From a bacterium (GTDB lineage: Bacteria; Margulisbacteria; Marinamargulisbacteria; JAAEMD01): DNA of 37,209 nucleotides. Location: positions 1 through 37,209 of the forward strand of contig JAAEMD010000568.1 of NCBI GenBank assembly GCA_024225875.1, written 5' to 3'. Of the stretch, positions 18,798 to 26,318 are shown piece by piece. Under the pieces are notes generated by a model. It was given only the letters and a program-made list of their open reading frames with translations, had not been told where the DNA came from and did not search any database. The number at the start of each line of letters is the position of its first letter. Position 1 is the stretch's first letter. The translations under genes and the position numbers were made by a program.

Positions 18798-19259
18798 ATG
18801 AAGTATAGAAAAAATAAAAGTGTAAAATCAAATAGTATTTCACCCCATTTTTCTAAAAGAGATTTTAAATGTAAATGTGGACATTGTGAAAACTCATTTA
18901 AAATCAGTCTTGGACTTGTTGGGGGACTGGAAATGCTGTGGTCTAAATTAAGATGTCATATCCATATAATAAAAGGCTACCAGTGTTCCAATTGCGCTTC
19001 TGCAAAAAAGAATGCAAACAGGAACTACCATGCATCTGGTCTTGCCGTAGACCTTAAGGTCGATAAAAAAAGCCTTAAAGAGCTTTTCATAAAAGCAGAG
19101 GAAGTACCGGAATTCAAGGGTATAGGTTTAAATATTTCCGATAGATATGTTCATGTTGATACCCGTAAAAAAGAAGACAGAGTATGCTGGATAGAAAAAT
19201 CAGGAGAGAAGATAGAGTTAGATAAATATAACAGACAATCTTATCTTGAAAACCTTTAA
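18798..19259 (+). CDS. Peptidase M15 (YcbK/DUF882-like zinc D-Ala-D-Ala carboxypeptidase fold)
   Basis: ISPHFSKRDFKC is present. The zinc ligands follow the H-x6-D pattern (HASGLAVD) with a distal VHVD. There is no signal peptide. Confidence 0.7.
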   Translation: MKYRKNKSVKSNSISPHFSKRDFKCKCGHCENSFKISLGLVGGLEMLWSKLRCHIHIIKGYQCSNCASAKKNANRNYHASGLAVDLKVDKKSLKELFIKAEEVPEFKGIGLNISDRYVHVDTRKKEDRVCWIEKSGEKIELDKYNRQSYLENL

Positions 19260-20142
19260 CAAAAAAAGCAGAGAATTTATTGATTTTCTTGAAAAAGAGA
19301 AAAAGTATTCAATTCATACAACTGCAGGCTATGAAAGAGATCTCCGATATTTTTACGAATTTACTAACCAGAATTCAGAAACTTCGTTAAGTGAACTGAC
19401 AGCAAGGGTATGTAAGCAGTACCTGTATTACCTGGAGAATAAAAAGTATTCAGCAGGAAGTATTGCAAGAATGATTGCTTCTCTAAGGTCATTCTGGAAA
19501 TATTTGATAGCTGCAGGAGAGCTGAATTATAACCCATGGGAATTTTTATCGGTTCCCAGAATACCCCGGAAATTACCTGGCGTCTTGTTTGCTGATGAGA
19601 TGCAGCGATTTTTAAATAATATGAAAACAGGTAAGCCTGTTGATATAAGGAACAAAACGATTTGCGAAATTATTTACTGCTCCGGTCTGAGAGTGTCGGA
19701 GCTGGCAGGATTGAGTTTATCTGATTTGAGTATTGAAAAAAGGGAGCTTCTGGTAAGAGGTAAAGGGCATAAAGAAAGAATAGTATTGTTTGGCTATACT
19801 GTAAAAGAAAGTATTTTGAACTATCTTAAAACAGTCCGGTCTGCCTGGGCATCAAATATTACAAAGGATGCTTTATTTATTAACATTAGAGGCTCGCGTC
19901 TTACAGTAAGAGCTATCCAGAGATTTATCAAGGATGAAGCCGGAAGGCAGGGTTTATCAAGGGTTGTTACGCCTCATACTCTCAGACACTCCTTTGCCAC
20001 TGCTCTTTTTAACGGGGGAGCTGATCTGCGAACTGTACAGGAGCTTTTAGGTCATAGCAGCTTATCGACTACACAGATATATACACATATAAAAAATGAG
20101 CAGCTTCAAAAAACATACAAAAAAGCGCATCCTCATGGGTGA
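19246..20142 (+). CDS. xerC: Tyrosine recombinase, XerC/XerD type
   Basis: The N-terminal SAM-like domain carries YSIHTTAGYERDLRYF. Catalytic residues are present: GLRVSEL (Arg), HTLRHSFAT (H-x-x-R) and LGHSSLSTTQIYTH (His, Tyr). The TTG start overlaps the preceding gene by 14 nt. XerC cannot be distinguished from XerD here. Confidence 0.8.
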   Translation: MKTFNKKSREFIDFLEKEKKYSIHTTAGYERDLRYFYEFTNQNSETSLSELTARVCKQYLYYLENKKYSAGSIARMIASLRSFWKYLIAAGELNYNPWEFLSVPRIPRKLPGVLFADEMQRFLNNMKTGKPVDIRNKTICEIIYCSGLRVSELAGLSLSDLSIEKRELLVRGKGHKERIVLFGYTVKESILNYLKTVRSAWASNITKDALFINIRGSRLTVRAIQRFIKDEAGRQGLSRVVTPHTLRHSFATALFNGGADLRTVQELLGHSSLSTTQIYTHIKNEQLQKTYKKAHPHG

Positions 20143-20260
20143 ATGTTTTTTATTGACTGGTTCACAACAGTCCTGTCGTAATTTTAAAGAAATGACATCT
20201 TTTATAACACTCCATTGAAGATTGTAAAAGGATCAGTTGAGCCTGCTTCGTAATTCTTTT

Positions 20261-20340
20261 TTTTCGGACTTTCTATTCTGGGATGGCGGGATGTATTTTC
20301 ATAATAAATAAAAATTATTTTCGAGACTTTATTTCTGGGG
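20261..20340 (+). repeat. Two imperfect direct repeats in the leader of the 592-aa gene
   Basis: TTTTCGGACTTTCTATTCTGGG (20261-20282) and TTTTCGAGACTTTATTTCTGGGG (20318-20340) start 57 nt apart. They share the blocks TTTTCG, GACTTT and TTCTGGG. Confidence 0.6.
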
Positions 20341-20536
20341 AAATATCTGTATAATACTATCTTTTAGAGTGATCTTAGAAGATACATCAATATAGATAAA
20401 AGAAGGTATTTTTTTAAATTAAGTATAATAAGGATCGAAGCATATAAATAATAATTAAGAATCAAAGTATTGAATCATCATTTCAATAAAAAAATTTTGT
20501 TAACAGTAAAAAATAAAAAACACACAGGGAGTTTTT

Positions 20537-22315
20537 ATGAAAAAGTTTAAGATAGTGGCTTTGAAACCAATCTTCGAAATTAACGATACTGAGTCAATTC
20601 AAGAGACTCCTTTATATATGTTTACCCATAAGTTTGATGATTATTCTGATAACCTGAAATTGAATCCTCAAAACGAAAATAAAATTTATGAAAAAATAGA
20701 GACAATGAGTGGAATAAAACTGGAAAAAGATTTAGCTGAATATATAAAATCTTTCACTTCAGAGAATAAAAAAAAGAAGCAGTCTGATGTTCTGGCTTTG
20801 ATAAATATACTGAATAGACGAGATATGGAAGACATCTACCAATGCAATAAAAAAATAATAATGCTTTTTACAGAAGTTGACGATCATTTGAACAAACTTG
20901 TGAACTTTATAAAGAAAAAACGACTAGGTCCGTTAACACAGCCTGTATTTATTAATGCGGTGGTTTCTTTTATTGATACCTTCTGCATAGAGAATAGCAG
21001 GTTGACTTATAGCCAAAAACTGTTTCTGGCAACTAAGTTTAATACATCAGGTATCTCTTCTGTCAAGACAAAAGCTTTGGAAAAACTTTTGAAGAAAAAA
21101 ATAGGATCTGGTATAAAATATAATATACTTCGTAAAAAAAATTTTCCTGCTAAGAAATTGCATTGGTTTAAATCAAACGATGCACTTATTAACGTTAACG
21201 ACAATGAGCGTTCTAAAGATGTATACATTAAAAAATTACTTGATCTACTGAAAGAATTCAGCGAGTATAAAGACGAGAGCTTCAGTACTGATGAATTTGA
21301 TAACTTTGCTGACAAAACTCACAACTGGACCCATAGTGACATTGAGAAAGTATTACCTGTACTGGAAGAAATGGTGAATTTCTTAGAAGAGTCTTACAAG
21401 CTTAGCTTAATAAAAGCTGATAGTGATAAATTTGATCCTTTTGGGAAAGCTGTTTGCTGGTTCTTCCTAAGTAAGTGTTTAAGAAACCCCTCAGTCCATT
21501 CCAATCAAATCGAAGAAATATTAAGATTCCAGCTACGATTATTTCCTGTTTTATTTGCTGGAGACCGCTATGGCAGCTATTCATCTAGATTTAAGAAAGC
21601 ATTATATGACAGAAACTTGTACATTCGAGATTACAACATAGACTGGTCTCAAACTTTTCTTCCGGGTAAGGGTACTCATGTTGAAAAAATTGAGAATCTT
21701 TTGGCTGATTATATTAAGAAAATTGAGGGTAAAGCAGAAAAGGGTATTCCAGGGGACGAGCTTATGGCTGAATTTAATAAGAGAAAGAAGGCTGGATTAG
21801 GACAGGGTAGTCTACTTTTAGGAGATAAAGCAAAACAGGACAAACTACTTGGAGAGGTTCAGGCTGAATTTTTTAAGAGAAATAATGTTGGATCAGAAAA
21901 GTACGTTGAGGGGCTGTGTAAGATGCTGATAAGATTCCGGCAGAATAGAAGTGACAGAGCTTCTCTTCCTGCCCACAATAGTAAATGGAGCGCAGTAGAC
22001 CTTGATTTTGTCATTAGTAAGATAGATGAATTGATTACTAAGACTAATGAAATGGATGAATTTAAAAAAATAACAGCGGATAGTAAAAAGTATCCTGTAT
22101 TAGCTAAATGTATTAGCCGATTATTAATAGATAAGTGTTTAAGAAACACCATAATGCCTGTAGAGATGAAAAAGGATATAGTAAGAAAGTTACACGAACT
22201 TTTCCCTGCACTGCTATCTGAGAACGACAACGGGAAGTATGCAAGTAAAATTAAGTCAGCAGCCAGGAAAAATGGAGTTTCCCTGCTGCGGTATGACATA
22301 AAAGATTCTGATTGA
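20537..22315 (+). CDS. Orphan protein with an internal tandem duplication; copy A carries an RNxxxH (HEPN-like) motif
   Basis: An AGGGAG RBS sits 5 nt before the ATG. Residues ~255-368 and ~474-588 align at a constant 220-aa offset (ADSDKF/ADSKKY, KCLRN/KCLRN, LFPVL/LFPAL, GxYxSxxKxA, Y-x-I). R316-N-P-S-V-H321 occurs only in copy A. I could not recall any matching family. Confidence 0.7.
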   Translation: MKKFKIVALKPIFEINDTESIQETPLYMFTHKFDDYSDNLKLNPQNENKIYEKIETMSGIKLEKDLAEYIKSFTSENKKKKQSDVLALINILNRRDMEDIYQCNKKIIMLFTEVDDHLNKLVNFIKKKRLGPLTQPVFINAVVSFIDTFCIENSRLTYSQKLFLATKFNTSGISSVKTKALEKLLKKKIGSGIKYNILRKKNFPAKKLHWFKSNDALINVNDNERSKDVYIKKLLDLLKEFSEYKDESFSTDEFDNFADKTHNWTHSDIEKVLPVLEEMVNFLEESYKLSLIKADSDKFDPFGKAVCWFFLSKCLRNPSVHSNQIEEILRFQLRLFPVLFAGDRYGSYSSRFKKALYDRNLYIRDYNIDWSQTFLPGKGTHVEKIENLLADYIKKIEGKAEKGIPGDELMAEFNKRKKAGLGQGSLLLGDKAKQDKLLGEVQAEFFKRNNVGSEKYVEGLCKMLIRFRQNRSDRASLPAHNSKWSAVDLDFVISKIDELITKTNEMDEFKKITADSKKYPVLAKCISRLLIDKCLRNTIMPVEMKKDIVRKLHELFPALLSENDNGKYASKIKSAARKNGVSLLRYDIKDSD

Positions 22316-22407
22316 TAATAAAGATTATTTATCTGCCTTAATTATGCATATATGATCCGGGCACAGCAGTTCTTTATATCATAATATTGACGAACAAGGA
22401 GAGGATA

Positions 22408-22668
22408 ATGGTTATTGAAGTAAGAAAACCAACTGATAAAGAGAAACAGTTTATGGCTGCTCAGCCGGTATGGAGCAGTGATGTGAAAACATTTCCCTGG
22501 CAATATGATGAAAAGGAGACCTGCTTGATAATTGAAGGGGAGGTAACTGTTACAACGGACTCTCAAACTATATCATTTGGTGCTGGAGACTATGTTATAT
22601 TTCCAAAAGGATTAAGATGTATGTGGCAGGTAAAAAAAAATGTTAGAAAATACTATAGTTATGGTTGA
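22408..22668 (+). CDS. Small cupin-domain protein (DUF861/cupin_3-like)
   Basis: The ATG at 22408 is preceded by AAGGAGAGG; the track's TTG at 22387 is unlikely. The segment EGEVTVTTD...ISFGAGDYVIFPKGLRCMWQV is typical of single-domain cupins. Confidence 0.7.
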   Translation: MVIEVRKPTDKEKQFMAAQPVWSSDVKTFPWQYDEKETCLIIEGEVTVTTDSQTISFGAGDYVIFPKGLRCMWQVKKNVRKYYSYG

Positions 22669-22677
22669 TTTTATACT

Positions 22678-23574
22678 TTAATTATTTACTTCGCTTGATT
22701 TAGATACTTTTTCAAAAACACGCATCTTAGCACTTCTGGCGCGGGTATTGCTGCTTATTTCTTTTTGAGAAGCCTGTATCACTTTTTTGTTTATTGCGGA
22801 TATATTCCTGTTTTCCCTGATATAACGCTTAACTATCCTGTCTTCCAGTGAATGGAACGAAATGATTGCAACTCGTGCCTCTGGTGTAAGGTAATCTGGT
22901 ATTTTTTCTAAAAAAGTTTTTAAAGCAGTTAACTCATCATTAACCTCAATCCTTAATGCCTGAAAAACCTGTGCACATGTTTTTATGAAAAGGTTACGTC
23001 TATTACGAAAGAAAAAGCTCCTTTTTATTAAACTGATAAGATCACCGGTTGTTTTAAAATCATTTTTTTCTCTGTAAACAAGGATATTATCAATAAATTT
23101 AAAAGGATTTCTAATTTCACCATAATCTGAAAAAATTCTTTTTAACTCATCTGCTGAGTAGGTTTTCAGTATTTTTGATGCAGTTAGACTTTTGCTGCCG
23201 TTCATTCTCATATCCAGAGTTTCATCTCTAGAGTAGGAAAACCCTTTTTGGGAGCTGTCAAGTTGATAAGAAGATATACCAAGGTCAAGAATTACTTTGG
23301 ATAATTTTTTTATTTTTATTGTATCAAGAGCTTTAGAAAAATCAGTATAGTTCAGGTGAAAAATAAAGACATTATTTTTGCCGTCAAACATTGAACGGCA
23401 GTGTTGGACGGCTGTCAAATCCTGGTCAAGGCCAACTAATAAACCGTTGTCTGCAAGCTGGTTTTTAATTTGCAGGGAATGTCCGCCAAAGCCGATAGTT
23501 CCGTCAAGGACAATGTCCTCAGGCTGGATATTCAGATAAGATAAGGTTTCTTTTAATAAAACAGGTACATGCAT
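22678..23574 (-). CDS. rsmH: 16S rRNA (cytosine1402-N4)-methyltransferase
   Basis: HVPVLLKE, DGTIGFGGHS, DLGISS.QLD and SFHSLEDRIVK are characteristic RsmH/MraW motifs. Confidence 0.9.
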   Translation of the reverse strand: MHVPVLLKETLSYLNIQPEDIVLDGTIGFGGHSLQIKNQLADNGLLVGLDQDLTAVQHCRSMFDGKNNVFIFHLNYTDFSKALDTIKIKKLSKVILDLGISSYQLDSSQKGFSYSRDETLDMRMNGSKSLTASKILKTYSADELKRIFSDYGEIRNPFKFIDNILVYREKNDFKTTGDLISLIKRSFFFRNRRNLFIKTCAQVFQALRIEVNDELTALKTFLEKIPDYLTPEARVAIISFHSLEDRIVKRYIRENRNISAINKKVIQASQKEISSNTRARSAKMRVFEKVSKSSEVNN

Positions 23575-23940
23575 ATTAGAGTATTATATATACTAAATTT
23601 GTAAGGTACCAGATAATTATGATTTTTTTGAAATATAACCACAATGTATGGCCAGTACACTGAACTTCCCCATTTAAACGGACAGTTCAATTTGTACCAG
23701 CTATACAAACAGCCTTTGAGATCCTGTCTGCTTTTATTATATATGATCTACTTTATTATAGTAAAAAAACAATAAATTATAGTCATTAATTTATGTTTTT
23801 TTGCAGTACATGAGTCATGTGTTTTCAGGAAATAAGCTGATCTTTACCGGCTGTTAAAGATTATTTTATTATAAATGACGGATAATTTTATTATTATTAA
23901 TTATTATATTTATATTGTATTGCACAATGATATTTTTTAT

Positions 23941-24495
23941 ATGATAATAAGCAGCGTGGTTTCATATAGCAGATTTCAGTTCTTTTTGTTTCTGTTGTTT
24001 ATTAATTTTTTCTGTTCAGGGTCAATATCATCAACAGGTAATATTGAAATAAAAGCAGATATATTTGAACTTGATAACAATAAGAATATTGTGGCAGCCT
24101 CAGGAAATGTAGTTGTAACACAGTATGATGTGAAAGTTCTGGGTAAACATGGCAGGTATAATCAGAAAACTCAGAATGTATATCTTTATGATGGTGTTAA
24201 AATTGAAAAAGGGGATATGACAATGACTTGTGAAGAGGTTGTTGCTTATGGAAAAGAAGAGAAGATGGACGCTACAGGTAAAGTGAAGTTTTTTCTTAAA
24301 GATATAACAGGTACAGCTGAAAAAGCAGAGTATGATATAAAGTTGAAGAAGATAAGGTTGACTGGAAATCCTCAGGTACAAAAAGATAAAGATACATTAT
24401 CAGGAAATACAATATGGATTTATCTGGATACGGGAAAGTTAATAACTAAAGGCAGGGCCAGAATAATACTGTCAGAGTCAAGTGTAAAAAAATAA
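23941..24495 (+). CDS. lptA: LptA/OstA-like periplasmic LPS-transport protein
   Basis: It has a signal-like N-terminus from the ATG at 23941. An OstA-N-type pattern follows: IEIKAD.FELD...N...ASGNVVVTQ, ...AEKAEYD and ...LTGNP.V. The track start at 23875 adds an implausible N-terminal extension. Confidence 0.65.
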   Translation: MIISSVVSYSRFQFFLFLLFINFFCSGSISSTGNIEIKADIFELDNNKNIVAASGNVVVTQYDVKVLGKHGRYNQKTQNVYLYDGVKIEKGDMTMTCEEVVAYGKEEKMDATGKVKFFLKDITGTAEKAEYDIKLKKIRLTGNPQVQKDKDTLSGNTIWIYLDTGKLITKGRARIILSESSVKK

Positions 24496-24513
24496 AAAAA
24501 ATAGAGAAATTAT

Positions 24514-25482
24514 ATGTTTGAAGAAACACTGGTTGAAACGGAAAAGCTAAAGCCTAAAAACGGGGAATACTTTGATTTGCTTATTATTGGCGCCGGCCCT
24601 GCAGGAATGTCTGCGGCCTTGTGTGCGGCAAGAGCGAAGCTTAAAGTCCTGATTATTGAGAAAGCTTTGCCTGGTGGTGATACTGCTTCTGCTTATGTTG
24701 TTGATAACTACCTTGGTTTTCCTGGTGGTATTTTTGGTGAAAAACTGGCCAGTCAGATGGAAAAGCATATGAATGAGTATAATATCTTTTATACTTGTGA
24801 GGAAGTTGAAGATATCCTGAATATTCATAATCCAATAAAAACAATAAAAACTTCCCTTGGTTATGCCTATAGAGCAAAAACTGTAATAATTGCTGCCGGC
24901 TTAAAACCAACCCGTCTTGAAACAGATTTTGAAAAGAGATTTGTCGGCAGGGGGATATCGTATTATGCAAAATGTGATGTTGCTAATTATCAAGATCAGG
25001 ATGTGGCTGTTATGGGTGGTGGGAACTGCGCCTGTTATGCAGCGGACTATCTGTCAGGATTTGTAAATAAAATATATTTAATACACCGATCGGATAATAT
25101 AAAAGCTGTAAGAATGCTTAAGGAAAAGGTGTTAAATAACCCTAAGATAATAACAATGTGGGATTCCAGGGTGGTAGATGCCTTTGGAATTGATAAACTT
25201 GAAAAAATAAAGATAGTTAATATTAATAATGATCAGTATACATGGGTTGATGTGAAGGGTGTCTTTGTGTATACAGGCAGAGTCCCGTCAAAGACTGTAC
25301 TAAGTGTAGATATCATGGTTGATGAGGCTGGATTTATAATAACAGACGAATTTATGAGGACTAATATACAAGGTATTTATGCGGCAGGAGATATCCGCTC
25401 AAAACAGATTAGACAAATCCCCACGGCTGTTTCAGACGGGATGATAGCTGCAATTAATGCAGAAAGAAATTTATTTAAATAG
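24514..25482 (+). CDS. Thioredoxin-reductase-like FAD flavoprotein lacking the canonical CxxC
   Basis: DLLIIGAGPAG, GRGISY, VAVMGGGN and GIYAAGD are collinear with low-Mr TrxB. However, CATC is replaced by YAKC, and HRR by HRS. Confidence 0.75.
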   Translation: MFEETLVETEKLKPKNGEYFDLLIIGAGPAGMSAALCAARAKLKVLIIEKALPGGDTASAYVVDNYLGFPGGIFGEKLASQMEKHMNEYNIFYTCEEVEDILNIHNPIKTIKTSLGYAYRAKTVIIAAGLKPTRLETDFEKRFVGRGISYYAKCDVANYQDQDVAVMGGGNCACYAADYLSGFVNKIYLIHRSDNIKAVRMLKEKVLNNPKIITMWDSRVVDAFGIDKLEKIKIVNINNDQYTWVDVKGVFVYTGRVPSKTVLSVDIMVDEAGFIITDEFMRTNIQGIYAAGDIRSKQIRQIPTAVSDGMIAAINAERNLFK

Positions 25483-25502
25483 AAACCAGGGCAGGATAAA
25501 AT

Positions 25503-26318
25503 ATGAAGAACAGGTTAGGGGTTATTCAGTTTCCAGGGAGTAACTGTGAATATGAAACAGCAAGAGCTGCTGATTACTCTGGCTTTGAAACTGAAATTAT
25601 CAGGTGGAATTGTGATGAGAAAAAGTTCAGATCCTTTGATGGCTATATATTGCCAGGCGGTTTTTCTTTTCAGGACAGGGTGCGGGCTGGTGTAATTTCA
25701 GCTAAACTGGCTGTAATGGAATATCTGGAACAAGCTGTAGAAGAAGGAATGCCGGTGCTGGGAATATGTAACGGTTGTCAGATTTTAGCTGAGACAGGGC
25801 TTATCACTGATACAGGTGGTAAACATGAGATTGAGGTATCGCTGGCCCATAACACAAAAGATAATAAACCTTTTGGTTTCTTATGTGACTGGGTTTACGT
25901 TAAGGTAAAAAATCCAGCGAAAAGCGCTTTTACAAGATATTTTGAAGAAGAAGATGTTTTACCGGTTCCAGTAAATCATGCAGAGGGTAAGTTTGTTTTG
26001 GCTTCTGATATTAAGGAAGAGGTTTCGGATTTAACAGCCTTTACCTACTGTTCTGCAACTGGCGAAAAGGGTGTTTTTCCGGTGAATCCCAACGGTACTG
26101 TTATGGATATTGCAGGTATTTGTAATAAAAAAGGTAATGTTCTTGGGATAATGCCTCATCCGGAGAGAGCTGTTCTTCTCAAACAAATACCGTACTGGAT
26201 TCAGAGTGAATGGGCTGAGCTGAAATATGATGAGTTTAGAAAAGGTGTAGATGTGCATGGGCCCTGGCAAAAACTTTTTTTATCGCTGCATGATTATATT
26301 TCGGAGATGAAATCTTGA
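25503..26318 (+). CDS. purQ: Phosphoribosylformylglycinamidine synthase, glutaminase subunit
   Basis: VIQFPGSNCE is present, the catalytic Cys lies in GICNGCQIL, and MPHPER is present. Confidence 0.85.
   Translation: MKNRLGVIQFPGSNCEYETARAADYSGFETEIIRWNCDEKKFRSFDGYILPGGFSFQDRVRAGVISAKLAVMEYLEQAVEEGMPVLGICNGCQILAETGLITDTGGKHEIEVSLAHNTKDNKPFGFLCDWVYVKVKNPAKSAFTRYFEEEDVLPVPVNHAEGKFVLASDIKEEVSDLTAFTYCSATGEKGVFPVNPNGTVMDIAGICNKKGNVLGIMPHPERAVLLKQIPYWIQSEWAELKYDEFRKGVDVHGPWQKLFLSLHDYISEMKS

Noticed and set aside
20295-20325. I considered ATAAT-N8-ATTAT as a dif-like Xer site next to the recombinase gene.
   Set aside because: The arms are 5 bp in very AT-rich DNA, which is expected by chance. The spacing and arm sequences do not match a dif consensus.
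20261-20340. I considered whether the two repeats upstream of the HEPN-motif protein form a minimal CRISPR array with one spacer (Cas13-like logic).
   Set aside because: There are only two copies, and they are imperfect (an indel plus mismatches) and about 22-23 nt long. No further repeats or cas genes are present, and the second copy abuts a -10-like box. Operator or duplicated-promoter readings are more parsimonious.
21007-22299. Three minus-strand ORFs (60-146 aa) lie opposite the 592-aa gene.
   Set aside because: Their translations are S/L/F-rich mirror images of a Lys/Glu-rich coding strand. The plus-strand ORF is long, has a strong RBS and shows internal protein-level duplication, so the antisense ORFs are taken as spurious. 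Antisense transcription cannot be excluded from sequence alone.
22342-22566. A 74-aa minus-strand ORF overlaps the cupin gene.
   Set aside because: The cupin frame has an RBS and family motifs, whereas the antisense ORF has neither.
23875-23940. The ORF track's upstream start for the LptA-like gene gives the N-terminus MTDNFIIINYYIYIV...
   Set aside because: The extension is low-complexity AT-driven sequence. The ATG at 23941 gives a normal signal-peptide-like N-terminus.
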